64,000 nucleotides of DNA from Aplysia californica (lineage: Eukaryota), in contig NW_004797517.1 of assembly GCF_000002075.1 (NCBI RefSeq), forward strand, positions 141,737 through 205,736. Reading direction: 5' to 3'. The notes below the pieces were generated by a model. The model did not search any database, had not been told where the DNA came from, and saw nothing but the letters and a program-made list of their open reading frames with translations. This document shows positions 37,438 to 50,280 of the stretch, piece by piece (positions within the stretch are counted from its first letter, which is position 1; each line of letters opens with the position of its first letter). The position numbers and the translations under genes were made by a program.

Positions 37438-38100
37438 CGAAGGGGGTTCAAGAAGTCTTTGGTCTAAATATGAAGGAATAAAGATAGAGTTTTGTAACAT
37501 GGCACACATTCCTTTATTTTTCTACATAGTCACCATGCAGACTAACACATTTCTGCCACCTCTCTTCAAAAGTCCTTGAGAGAAAAATGACCCAGAAACT
37601 AACCAGTCTTCGACAGCTCCAATGGTGTCCTCATTGTCATGGAAACAACGTCCTTTGAGTGGTTTTTTAAGATTAGGAAACAGAAAAAAGTCTGAGGGGC
37701 TAGATCTGGTAAATAAGCTGGGTGTGGCAGGATTTCAAAACCACACTGTTCTGCTGTCTGGACTGCTTGTTGGGCCCTGTGCGCGGGGACATTGTCATGC
37801 AGTTGGAGGATCCCATTACAGAGTTTTCCACGCCTTTATCTCACCAATTCAGACCGCAGTTTTATCAGCAAACCTGAGTAGTAGTCTCCTGCGGCTGTTT
37901 TTCGATTTTTCAGGTAGTCAGTCATGGTGATACCTTCACAAAGTGGTACGCTGAAGTTTTGCAGAAAACACCCGCTGCACTCTATAATTGAAGTCTTTAA
38001 ATCCCCGGCCAGGTCAGGGCCTGTCCTGCATCTTTTTTCTCCTCGAAAATCGAGTTGGGAACCTTTTCATGCAGATGCAATGTTAGCTGGGGGGGAATGT
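37438..38100 (-). mobile_element. 3' fragment of a mariner (DD34D) element
   Basis: TA-CGAAGGGGGTTCAAGAAGT end; minus strand LHDNVPAHRA and HPAYLPDLAP..DFFLFPNLKKPLKG. Confidence 0.85.
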
Positions 38101-38201
38101 TCTCTCGTGACCGCAAGTGGTAAAGTTACTCTATCATCATAAAAATAATAAGTTTCTACTACAATTGAGGCTAGATTTAAAAAATGTTCTTCATAAATTA
38201 A

Positions 38202-39244
38202 CTCATTCGCTACGTATTATTTTCGGCTTGTGGACGAATTTTTTTTCTGGAGGGCGAATGAGATGATGACTAGTGGGCACTTAAAAGGTCTTTGTGGCCA
38301 CAAATTCAAATAAATATCAACGTATTATATACCAATATTTTCAGTATGGTTTGTAGAATACATCTGTAATGTTTATTTATGTATTTTTCAACTTTGGTTC
38401 CTGTAAGAGGCGATTATGCAACACAATTTTGATTGGATGCGGATAAAATTTGAAAATAAAAAATTAATAATCTTTGCTGAAACTCAAAAAATATATTTGC
38501 ACCTAGTCAAGTGATGCATCAAAATAACCAAAAATGAATATATAGAACTGGAAAATATTGAAAAGTTTGCAGTTATTTACCTACATTCCATAATTTTTGT
38601 ACATTTTGAACACAACATCCGATATTGAAAAAAAAATAAAAAATTGTATAATCTTGAAAAATGATCACAAACAGAATAAACCCACTCGTATCTAATATGG
38701 AATTATTCAGAATTGCATTTGGAATAACCTATACATGTCTTGAGAGGCACTTTTTGTGTAATTTCATCAAAAGCAGTGATTTTAGGGAGAAAAAACATAT
38801 TTTGACAATTTAGATCTAGACCTAAATCTAGCACTCAAAAATATTGATTTCTCAATAACAGTGCATTGGCAATATGAGTCCATTCGTATCAATATTATAA
38901 AAAAGAGTCCTACATTTCTTTAGTGGGCAAAATAAGGATAGATTTTGTTGTGTAAAATTACTAAGACTGGTGTCCGGGCTATAATTTTGGCATCGCGATA
39001 AAACAAGGTCGAATAAACTACGAAATCGCATTTCAAAACTGATTCTAAATTTCCGATTTTCAGTGGAAATGCTTGACCCGGAAGTCAACATTATATTATG
39101 ACCTTTATTTTAACATGGATATGTGGATTGGAATAGAATCTAAGCTAAAATTGAAGATTGGTTCTCGGGCCGCCGGGGGCGGCTTAGCATACTGACAGCA
39201 CTTGACCCGCGCCGCCCCCCCCACGGCTCGGCGTAGCGAATGAG
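38202..39244 (+). mobile_element. piggyBac-like MITE family A, copy 2
   Basis: TTAA-CTCATTCGCTACG...CGTAGCGAATGAG-TTTA. Confidence 0.88.
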
Positions 39245-39984
39245 TTTAAAAAAGGCATAAATCTCTGTCACATAGAAAATAGATTATTGTTCACAGCACT
39301 TCCAACTTCCCATACACATTTTGCATACGCATTATATATGGTCTACATCACAGCCCACCACTTTTTAGTGTCAAAACTTGATACAAGAAATCAATTTTAT
39401 ATAATGAACACATTTTTTGCACTAAAGACTCTCAAAACATGCATTCAATAAGCACAGTATCACGATTTTTTTTTAAATGACGGATTTGCTTTTAAAAGCG
39501 ATATTGCCCCAGCTGCAAACCTTTTGAAATATGTAGAAACCACCCACTTGGACTTTTTATTAGTATTTATGAAGGAATTTTCTAGAATATGGCTGACAAA
39601 TGTATACAAAAATATTGATCTGTAAAAACAAATTGATCCAAGCCATTGTGCACAAGCTGGAGAGTCTATGTTCGACAGTAAAGGAAATATTTGACAATAA
39701 GTTGCGCCATAAATTTTTTATTGCACTATACATAGCCTACTTATTATCATCGTATCAGACAAATATAATGTTTTGTTCTGATGGTTTTAGGATTACATTA
39801 AAATTTTGTATATTGTAATTGTAATCATGAACTATCTACACTGCCTTTATGACCAGTTTTTTGTCCCTACGACTAAATAGTTAATTTTTTGCTTTTTGTT
39901 TCTTTCTTTTAAATGTGTTTTGTGCCCTTTCGATTCAATCTAAATCATTTAGATCATTTTGGAGGTGGACTTTGACCCTGTCTG

Positions 39985-40115
39985 TCAGGACCAACCTCGG
40001 GCTTAGAGGGATGCAACATCTCAGCTGAGATACACTATAAAAATTCTCACCACATGGACTTCGAACCCAGGCCTTTTGTGTGTGATCGCAAAGCACTTGA
40101 CACTAGACTTAAGAC
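39985..40115 (-). mobile_element. Degenerate tRNA-derived SINE fragment
   Basis: Minus-strand B-box GGGTTCGAAGTCC with an upstream A-box-like AGTCTAGTG. Confidence 0.45.
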
Positions 40116-40377
40116 ACTGATAATACGTACATTTGAACTCAACAGGGTTCAATCAGTGTCTGTTTGATAATTGTTAGGCACTTCACCGTTGAACTTGGAA
40201 CATGTTTTGTTATCCAGAATGGGAAAGTTTTTTTATGAGGTAGATCCTCTTGTCAGCGAGGATGTTGCACCCTACTCAGATCGGGTTGGCCACGACAAGC
40301 AGGGTTGAAGCAGCCTGCCTCCAAAATGATATGAATCGTGTCAATGGGGATGTAAGAAATTTTTATTTTTCCAACAG

Positions 40378-40521
40378 GGTTCAGAACTTGGCCCAGGGAC
40401 CTATAAGCACAAGACTTGCACTGAGGAGATGCTCAACAAAGTCACCAGCCTCAAGGGCCCCTATGAGTTGTACTCTGGTGACCGCAACAAGCCTATTTCG
40501 GAAGGGTACTTGGCTGCTCCT
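40378..40521 (+). CDS. CIMAP2: CIMAP2/LEXM core exon 6 (GSELGPGTY...GPYELYSGDRNKPISEGYLAAP)
   Basis: Acceptor TTTTTCCAACAG, donor GTAAGT; 144 nt. Confidence 0.93.
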
Positions 40522-41029
40522 GTAAGTTCAAAATAAGGATATTTTTTAGATTGTTCATCATTTGGCGGGGTTTTTAAATATCTTCTGTACATTATAATGC
40601 ATATATATATATACATATATAAGAAACCAACAGTTGTAGCTTTTTTAATTAGAGGTAAACCACTCTAAGCTCAAACTTGAAAAAGCAATTTCTCAAACTC
40701 AAATGTCTGTCCATATATGCTGAACAAAAATAGCTTCTTTGCATTCTCTGCAACCAAAATTTTCTGGCATGTATTAGTTTAGCCCCTTTGAGACATACGG
40801 CATAAATCGCGTCACTGGGTGACCTTTTGATGAAAGATGAATTGTACAAAATCAGCTGATTCTGACTATACCCAGGATCTTATAACGTGCAACGTATGGC
40901 ATCATTTAACTGATGATAACACATTGTCAGCAGTTGTACCATGAAATAAACTTCAAATTTGAAAGGGATTTTTAATCTAATTTAGTGTAATTTTTTTTCC
41001 TTCATGTTTTGAGGTTAAGAATCTCGATA

Positions 41030-41895
41030 TAGTCGAACCTGCCTTAACGGAAACCTGTGTAAAACGGAAACCTGTCTTAACGGAATCTCCCCGCTCCCCC
41101 CTTGATATATTCCTCTTTAATTACCTGTATAAAACGGAAACCTGTCCAACGCGGAAACGGAAAGAAAAATCCGCTCCCTTCTGAGGGTTTCACCTGTCTA
41201 AGACGGAAAATACTTTGCCTGCTCAGCCCTGATTTGAAACAAAACTCGCAAGTTTGGCTCCACCGGCTCTAAACTTAACGCCATGGCCATGCCGCTGGGC
41301 AAGGAAGGGGAGTAGGGGTGAAATGGGGGTAGAAGTTACCCCATCATGTGAGCCCTGAGCGATACAGATGGTCAGTGTAGTGTGGGTGTGATATCTCACG
41401 ACTGCCCATGAGAGTGCTTGAGTAGCGAGCCACTACGGAAACTTTCTTGGGTAATCAGAAGCCAGAGGTGTGAAATTAGATTGACCAATGCCTGCCGCCC
41501 TGATCGTACGGCCAGCCGAGAAAAGAGTTCCTCGAATCGTTGTTACGTTGATGGCAGTGAGGGGTGGCATTGGTGGGTGGGACTGAGGGTGGAAACCAAG
41601 GAGATGTTCATACGTTTCTGTTTTTAATAGGTCAAACAGTGGTCCTATGAAAGGCAAGCACTGGTGGTAATTGGATACGTAAGACTGACGCATGTCACTA
41701 TCAGACAGGATAGCAGCTGAAAGGTGTGAAGTTTTGACCACTGCTTGCCGATCGGACAAGCGATCCTTGATCCCACCGGCAGGGCCTTTGAACCCCCCTC
41801 CCCCTCCCCTAAATTCCCCTGTCTAAGACGGAAAATGTCTAAGACAAAAAAATTTTCCCGCTCCCTTGCAGTTCCGTCTTACACAGGTTTGACTG
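41030..41895. mobile_element. pogo/Tigger-type MITE (TA TSD) with ACGGAAA subterminal repeats
   Basis: TA-TAGTCGAACCTG ... CAGGTTTGACTG-TA; immediately followed by the left end of another MITE at 41898. Confidence 0.82.
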
Positions 41896-42990
41896 TACAG
41901 TGAAACTCAGATATGACGAAGTCGTTGGGTCTGACCTTCAATTTCATTGAATCCGAGTCTTCATTATGATAGCAATGTGAGCGACAAGTTGCGACAAGGG
42001 TCTAGCATATGACGACCTTTGTTTCCACAGACCTGCACGCAATTCTTTACTAGATCTAGATGTCTAGACTAGCATTTCATTGTTCAGTAGATGTGGGGAA
42101 GGGATGAATATGATTGTATACATGTCTGTATCTGTGCCGACTTTCCATGCCCGGAACACTTGTGCCTACGCCCCCCTCCCTCCTTTCAATCACCCCAGAC
42201 ACAAGCGTTTTAAAAGCCATAGCTGGGAGCGTCCAATACTAGTGACAACTGTCTCGTTTTATTTAGTGCTATATTTTGCTTGTTTTTCGGAACTATTCCC
42301 AAACCAAGTCTATTAGTAATGACTAAGCCTTTGTTTCCACCATTTAGAAGTTTGTTGGAGGCAAGCTTTTGAGATTATAATGAGACATAGTGCACAAGAT
42401 TTAGGTGATTGTAGAAAAAACTCAGGGAAACAGTGGAAAAACCCAGGGTTTAAAGAGTTAAACTACAACTTCTATAACTACCTCTGCTGCAACAACTGCA
42501 ACTACTGCTACTGCAATTAAAATTACAGTAGCTTTTGTGTAAGAATCTGGTGACTAGAAGGAAAACAACGAGTTTTTACGTGGACCAGGGCATTAGGAAA
42601 GTTTTAAGGGATGAAGTACAGTTAATTCCAGAGGGTTTTCTCATTCATTCATTCTTTACTGAAATAAAACCTTTTAGCAATTGTAGAGCCCGGTTAAAGG
42701 CAAAGTGGCTATTTATGCTTGAATGTGCTTTTGTTTCAGAAAGATAGACTCTTTGTTCAACTGAATGGAAGAGAAATCAGAACCAATCAAAAACCACTCA
42801 ATGGTTGATCCAGATTGCTAATGTTCTAGCCTTAACAGTTCTTTACTAGAACGTTATTGTATTGTATTGTATAGATGATACATTCCTCCCCCCCCCCCCT
42901 TACTTCACTCCCATCCATAAGTGAGTGGGCTCCTGTAAAAAAGTGTTTTGAAGGCATGATTTCCCCAAGTTACATTTGTCTTTGTTCTAG

Positions 42991-43158
42991 AAACTTGCTG
43001 ATCTTGGCCCTGGCCAGTACGAGATCGGAACATTTGTTGATGAGCTCAAGGGCCCACACAAAAATATACATGGCAAATTTGGCAAGATGTCACAGTATCC
43101 CGATGTCCCCACTGAAAGACTTTTCTTGTTTTCTCAAGCACATTATCCCAAGATGAAG
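42991..43158 (+). CDS. CIMAP2: CIMAP2/LEXM core exon 7 (KLADLGPGQYEIGTFVDEL...PTERLFLFSQAHYPKMK)
   Basis: Acceptor TTTGTTCTAG, donor GTCAGT; 168 nt. Confidence 0.93.
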
Positions 43159-43191
43159 GTCAGTAAAGAGCCGCATAGAGTTGTTCTTTAA

Positions 43192-44243
43192 CTTATTCGC
43201 TACGTATTATCTTGGGCTTGTGGATGATTTTTTCTCGGGAGGGTGAAATGAGATGATGACTAGTGCGCAGTTCAAAGGTCTTTGAGGCACAAATTCAAAT
43301 AAATATCAACATATTATACACTCCAATTTTCAGTATGATTTGTAGAATATGCCTACATCTGTAATGTTTATTTGAGTATTTTTCAACTTTGGTTCCTGTA
43401 AGAGGCGATGCAACACAATTTTGCTTGGATGCAGATAAAATTGAAAAAAAAAAAATTAATCATCTTTGGTGAAACTCAAAAAATATGTTTGCACCTAGTC
43501 AAATGATAGTCCTACATCAAAATAACCATAAATGAACATAAAACTGAAAAATATTTTAAAATTTGCAGTTATTTAACATTCCACATAATTTGTACTTTTG
43601 GATCATAACATCCGATATTGAAAAAAAATATTTTTATGAACTTGAAAAAAGGACAAGATGCATTCACAAACAGAAAAAACCACACATATATCTTATTTGG
43701 AATTATTCAGAATTGCATTTAGAATAAACCTACACATGTCTTAAGTGGTACATTCTGTTATTTTCACACACAAAAATAGTGATATTGGGGAGAAAAAATG
43801 TTTTGACAATAAAGATTTAGCTTTGAAAAATATTGATTTCTCAATAACAGAGCAGTGCCAATTTGAGTCCATTTTACAAATATAGTATCAATATTCTAAA
43901 GAAGAGTCCTACTTTTCTTTAGTAATCAAAATAATGATACATTTTTTTGTGTGAAAGTACTAAGACTGGTGTCTGGGCTATAATTTTGGCATCGCGATAA
44001 AACAAAGTCACATAAACTTCGAAAACTGAATCAAAATTTACGATTGTTGGTGGAAACGCTTGACCCGGTAGTCAACGTTATATTATAACCTTTATTTTAA
44101 CATGTAATGGATATATATATGGGTTAGAATAAAGTCTAAGCTAAAATTATAGGTCACTTCTCGAGCTGTCGAGGGCGGTTTGCTGTAGTAAAGTCACTTT
44201 GGCAGCGCCAGGCCGCTGCCCACGGCTTGGGGTAGCGAATTAG
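43192..44243 (+). mobile_element. piggyBac-like MITE family A, copy 3 (more diverged)
   Basis: TTAA-CTTATTCGCTACG...GGTAGCGAATTAG-TTAA; starts 33 bp after the exon 7 donor. Confidence 0.85.
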
Positions 44244-44442
44244 TTAAAGTATTGCATGTTGGTACAAAAACAGTGGGACCCACCGTAACCGTGTTACATT
44301 TAAGATTCTTATCCCCTGGTTTGATGTTCTACTTCAAATTTAAACTGACACTTGCTTAAATTACATTTGCAGTTTCAAACCTCTATTTTTTTGTTGAACT
44401 ATAAGTATTGAAATCGATTTGTTTGAATTTACTTGAAAAATA

Positions 44443-45289
44443 CAGTGGAACCTGAATGCAACAAAGTCGTCAGGCCTGAACTTCAATTTCGATGAATCTG
44501 AGTGTTCGTTTATAGCAAACAGGAGGTTTTTGTGCAGACAATTAGAAGCACTGAGCAAGTAATATATAAAGGGAAGTAACTCGTGGTAGGCTACCGGGAA
44601 ATGCCTGCTTTTTTTGCCCCTCGATTTTCTCAATCCAAAGTAGTTTGGTTTCAAATGAGAGGCATTTTTGTTTCTTTGACGTCGTACCAAAGAAATGCTG
44701 GAAAAATCCTGGAAAATACACTGATCGTTAGAGCCTAGCATAGCATATGGCAAAATTTGATTCAACAGACCAATGCACAATTCATAATGTAGATCTATGT
44801 CAAAAGTAGCTTAATCATTGTGATACTTGATCAGTAGCCAGAAGAAGAAATGGCTGACATATTTGTATCTCTACTGACATTCCGAGCCTGGACCACTTGT
44901 GCCCCCTCCCCCAAGACACAGGTACTGTCATATATGTGTGTTGGCCGCCTGCCCAACACCGACACATGCTAGGACAAGTGTGCCAACAATGCATGTGTTG
45001 GTATTAAAGAAGCTAGGCTGCTGATTTGTCACATAGACTAAGTGAATAATAGTCATGATGCAAGTGCCATGGATGGTTACCTGGAATAAGTAAGGTTCGT
45101 TTCAGAAGGAAAATGAGTGAAGCCACATCAGCGGGGACTGTTCACCCAAGCAACATCATTGAATCCGAGCTTGCTCATTTATGTGTGTTCGTTGAATCCA
45201 AGTTATTTTTATTTATTTTAATGAATAAAAAAAATAGGGAATCCATCTCCTTTTGTTGAATCCGAGTCAATTGAATCCAAGTTCCACAG
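44443..45289. mobile_element. pogo/Tigger-type MITE
   Basis: TA-CAGTGGAACCTGAATGCAAC ... TTGAATCCAAGTTCCACAG; TTGAATCCGAG repeats; left end resembles the sequence at 41898. Confidence 0.7.
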
Positions 45290-45518
45290 TGTAGCTTTAT
45301 TATGTCATGAACCTGGAAGTTTTAACTGTTCAAATCAAGCCATTTAATAATAAAGGAGGGATTAAATCAATGCAATTTTAATTGTGTTTAGTTCTTTAGT
45401 ACAGTATCACAGTAAATTGATGTTCGAGATTTTGATACTTGTCCAGACTCGACTCCTGTGTATAATCTTTATGTGTTTATTGTCTGATCTTTCATCACTC
45501 TGTTTCTGTCCTCTGCAG

Positions 45519-45647
45519 GACTCTCCTGGACCAGGAACGTACTCCTTGCAGGAAATGAGCAAACCACGACATGTGAACAGTCCTGGCTTCCTGTCCTCAG
45601 CGAAGCGGGATGACAAAATCTCTCAGAAATTCTTTACAAGGAACTTT
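45519..45647 (+). CDS. CIMAP2: CIMAP2/LEXM core exon 8 (DSPGPGTYSLQEMSKP...FFTRNF)
   Basis: Acceptor TCCTCTGCAG, donor GTATGC; 129 nt. Confidence 0.92.
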
Positions 45648-46263
45648 GTATGCTCTGTTTGCATTTTTTTCTTTTGTATTCAACAGCTATTGACTTAATC
45701 AAAGTTTCATAACCATCATCTTTCGAGTAGACTCAACTGTTAAAATATATGTGTCACGACATGGTGGAATCAGGTGCTCGTAAAATTTTGGGTTTATGGA
45801 GCCATTGGTGCCATCTGAAAGCTTGTTTATTTGCCTTGCTTTTGATGAAAAAAATGCCCATCTGTCTTGAATAGACATCGAGATAGTTGGGATTCGAGGA
45901 GTTGGAGGTTGCCTGGGTTCAGAGATAAAATTGGCGAGAAAATGGCCGCCAAAGATTGGTCATTTCCAAAGCTCAAGAGTCCTTCCGAAACTGCAAATGT
46001 TCTTATATTTTGTTTTGCATTTAAACGTTTATTCAGTGAAACTAACACATAAATATGTTAAGTGGACCTAAAAAATGTGAAGCCAAATTGCAAAAATTTA
46101 ATTTGAAATTGCCAAACAGGCAGAAAAATGCCAATTTAATCAATTTCTGTATTTTGACGAGCGCCTGGTTTCACCACAATCCTTTACATATATCTTGTTT
46201 GCTTGATTCTAGAATAGTTCTAGATACTTGTTTCCATAATTCAGGAAAGAGGGGAAAAGTATA

Positions 46264-47057
46264 CAGTGGAGTCCACTGAAACCGAATTTTTTTTCAGTGT
46301 AGCCATGTTTTCTGTTTAGAGTAGAGAGGTAACTCACATTACAATGGTTGTCTACAGCTTATAGTTGAGACTGCCATGCTTATTGTGGCAATATCTCTTT
46401 TTCAAAATTGTTTTCTCTTTATCATGGCCTTACTTTCAGTAACTGCAATTTAAGCTGCAGGCTGTGCTTTTTCTCCAACATTATCAGCTTGCTTAATTTA
46501 CTGAACTGACAAAAAAGCAGAGGGTACTGCACACTGTATTATGCTTGCTAGGCTAGAGCAGTGAGAAACCCCAATGCCAGTAACACCATGAAACATATCA
46601 TGTGCTCATATTGTAGGGCCTATGTGTACTAGCTTTACAGAGACAAAAGGCCATGACCAACTGAAGGTCATCTGACAGGTGTACATTCGCCATACTAGTG
46701 TCACTTATTTTTGAGTGTGTAGGCCAATTGATATGAGTGATAAATGTAGACAAACACTGGCAATACCTCTCTCTAGCCCTCGGTCAACACAAGTGTGTAC
46801 TCATGTCTCTTTCTTCCGCTTTGCTTTCTCGAAGCATTTAAGACTTGATGTGCTTCTTGAGAGTTGCTAGTGTAGCTCTAGACAACAGATGAATGACCTA
46901 TGAAACTCTTTTCAGTTAAAGTTTAAAAAAATAGCAGCATTTTGGCTAATGAATAGTTTTCTTTCAAAAACATAGGAGCAAAAGATCAGGCATTCAATTT
47001 TGTTTGGTTTACCACTGTTTTCAGCTTAACTGTGTTGGGTTTAAGTAGATTCCACTG
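46264..47057. mobile_element. pogo/Tigger-type MITE (TA TSD)
   Basis: TA-CAGTGGAGTCCACTGAAACC ... GGTTTAAGTAGATTCCACTG-TA. Confidence 0.75.
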
Positions 47058-47093
47058 TAATTAGGTAGGCCTACCACAAAGGAAAAAAATTAA

Positions 47094-49225
47094 TTGTCGG
47101 AAAGTAGATTTTCTTTATAAATTGCACCAAAAAGAGCCGCAGAAATAATGAAATTCACCATTTAAATCATTAAAATTGGACTATAAATAAAAAAGTTATC
47201 AAGGTTCAAATTACTTTAACTCACTTCAGACGGGTCACACAACAGTTGCGTGACCCCCGCCGCGACGCTCGCGACGGATCTCACAAGCCCTGCGTGACCA
47301 ACTTTGGAATTTTTTTTTCGCTCTACAAATCACGCGCGGATCGCGAGACCCGCCTCGTACCCTTGTTTGGCCAAGCCTGAGCTACTTAAACTTCGTTTCG
47401 TATCTCTAGGGCCGGTAGTTTTTAAGTTATTGAAAGTGAAGGACAGTGACCCCAACTGGGGTTGGACAGACCGGAACTCGCGCTTTGTTTTTTTCTATAC
47501 AGCTGATAGTAATCCGACAGTCGCGTCGTAGTAACGGTCGAAGAAGTCGCATGAACAAGAATCACATAATTTCGCCGTTTTCTATACTTCTGTGCGTTTT
47601 ACTAGTTCTAGTGTCTCAGAATATGATGTATCTAATTGTTAGGATCCTGGATATGTACCCGAACACGGCCCGAGTCGTAGTTCTAGGGATAGATCTAGCA
47701 CTAGTACCGGTGTTGTTTTTCGCGCAACGAAAGCACAACATCGTGCCGTACATCTGTCACATGTAATTCAGTATATGGGTCTGAATCAATGCACAGACCA
47801 GCTTTTATATTTTCACCAAACACTCGCACATGTATACAAATCAAACCAGAACACTTTGAACTTTTATTTTTGTTGTTGCAGTGAATTTCATTCTACTTGT
47901 CACGTCTCTGGAAATTTTTCGGAAAATAAAATTCATGCCAATTTTTTAAAAATCATACAAATTAAAGTATTAGACTTACACAACTTTAGTTTTTTGTATT
48001 AGTTTAAGCTTGAATGTTACTTTACTGTGTCAAAAAATGATTACAATAGGGTCATTCTGAGAGTTGTGGTGATTTATTGAAATACCCCCAAAAACGCCAG
48101 TCTTCAACGCTTGTGACTGGTGAAAGGGCCCAGTCGCAAGTGAGTTAAAACGTAGAGAATTCACACTGCACGCAAAACAAGCAAAAAGCAAGACTGCGTG
48201 AACAGTCACATAATCATGAAATGACAATGCACATACCCATTTATTATGTCTTCTTGAAGTCAAGGACAATATTGAGGCATACAAAGACTATAGAAATCCT
48301 CGGGCTTATAATTCTGATTCTGTAAACCCATGAAATTGTATGAAAATGGCTTTTCAGTTAACAACTTTTGCTTGCTTGTGAAGTCAAAACTTCGTGATGT
48401 TGTTGATAACAATGCAGGGTATAAGCTTAATTTTTTTTTGCCGGCATAGGACTAAGAATGTTTGAAGTATGCCATTGTGAAACACACAAAAGCACATGTT
48501 TGGTGAACTTTCATATAGTGATAATTATTACAGACATGAGACTAATGTTTGATATCTTAATGTAATTTAGCACGCTGGACGCAAAAACGTTGTTGGATTT
48601 AACGTACGAATACTCTAAAGCTTAGAAAAGAAAAAAGTTCATCTTTGCTTTTATAATTTTTGTCACACTGATTTAGATCAACACTTCCTTAGATCATCTT
48701 GATAAAAATAAGTAGGCTATATATGCAACATTATTATTATTGAATGATAATCACAAATTCAGAAACGGATTGTTACTTTGTGTCAGATTATCTCGTTCAG
48801 TGCCAGATCTTCGGCAGACATCGGCAATCATTGTTCTCCTCTCACTCCTTTGCTCGAATGCTCATAAAAAAGCTACGTTTCCCTGATCTTTCCCCGCTAC
48901 CCATTTGTTTAGGTTCCCTAAGTTGGTTGCTCTGGGCCTACCCTGCCTCGTTTGCCTTCAATTTTGCTAGTGAGAGCTAGATATTCAAGATATATTCAGG
49001 TGTCCCAAAAACTGCATTTGTCGGGGTTTTTTATTGTTTTTAACTGTGAGCGTCCTACGTGGGCTTCATCAAGCACTACCTCATTTAATTTCTTTTCCTT
49101 CCCGAAATATTGTCAGTAGTCTCCTAAGAAACCACATTAATTTTATATGTTTGTTGGTTGTTGACAGAGCTTATTTTTCGTTTACTATCAAAAGAAAGAT
49201 ATGATAAATCTACTTTCCCGGTCAA
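47094..49225. mobile_element. TTAA-flanked non-autonomous element carrying a nested MITE
   Basis: TTAA-TTGTCGGAAAGTAGATTT ... AAATCTACTTTCCCGGTCAA-TTAA. Confidence 0.6.
47220..48144. mobile_element. Nested piggyBac-like MITE
   Basis: TTAA-CTCACTTCAGACGGG ... CCCAGTCGCAAGTGAG-TTAA. Confidence 0.75.
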
Positions 49226-50155
49226 TTAATACGATTGTTTCCGTTTCTCTTGGCCAAGTGGTTTATATGAATAACCCCCGCACCCCTTCACTCCCAGCAA
49301 TCACAAATCATTTCGACAGTCGCTGAGCGTGACGATCAATCCATGGACTCTGTTGTCATTTTCCCAAAGGGTTATTTATTCATTGCCACCAGTGTAGCAA
49401 AAGAAATGCATATTTTAAAATAGGAAAGACCACAGAACACAAATAATAATGGTTTCATTTGTTTTGTCAACATTGTTTGGGAAAAAATTGGCTTGAACTT
49501 GACACAAAATGGACACCTCATCCCGCCCCTGTGCACTTTTCCAGCTAGGGTGCAAAACACACAGAAAAGGAGGGGGGGGTGGGGGGGGGCTTCACAACGG
49601 AATGTTTCTATTTACCCATGAATTTGTAGGGAAAAGATTGGCCTTTTAGTTGAGTCTATGCGAAAATTGCTTCCTTTTTAAAAAAAATTGCAATTTCTGA
49701 TGATTCCATTTTTTACTTCTTTTTCTTTCAGTTTCTTTTGTGGCCTTATCATTTTTTAAATAAAGAGGGTGACCTCCCCTCTTTAATTGTAAAAAAAATT
49801 CAGTCATTTCCATTTCTCCTGGTCGACGGGGTTTCGTTTGAATAACCCTATCCTCTGAAAATCTTTGTTAGCAAGCGCGCCAAGAGAACGTGTATTTGAA
49901 GGAAGGGGAGAGAAAGTACCAAGACGAGGTACAGACCAGAAGGTGACAAAATTTATTGAATTGAAAGGATAAAGTGATTTGATACTTTATGAAAGTGAAT
50001 ACCCTCATTGTATTTTAGCACTGTGTGAGTAGTATAAGTACTATTTTCTTGGAAAAAATAATGTTTACCTTTTGATTTTTGACAGAAAAAAATGAGGCTT
50101 TTTAGCTGGAGCTTCTCTAGTACTGAATGACCTAAACTAACTCTTATCTCTTCAG

Positions 50156-50280
50156 AATCCAGTTGGTGCTGGTCGTTATGACATCCAGAAGCTAGAGGAG
50201 GCACAGGACATCAATGGTCACACCAGTGTCTTCAGATCAAAAACTGGGAAACCTAATCTACAGATGGCCAAATTCCTTCA
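50156..50280 (+). CDS. CIMAP2: CIMAP2/LEXM core exon 9 (NPVGAGRYDIQK...MAKFL)
   Basis: Acceptor TCTCTTCAG, donor GTGAGT; 125 nt; ends in phase 2. Confidence 0.92.

Noticed and set aside
41898-45289. Single MITE that captured CIMAP2 exon 7
   Set aside because: The right end at about 45289 pairs with a nearer left end at 44443; the sequence at 41898 is a separate partial copy.
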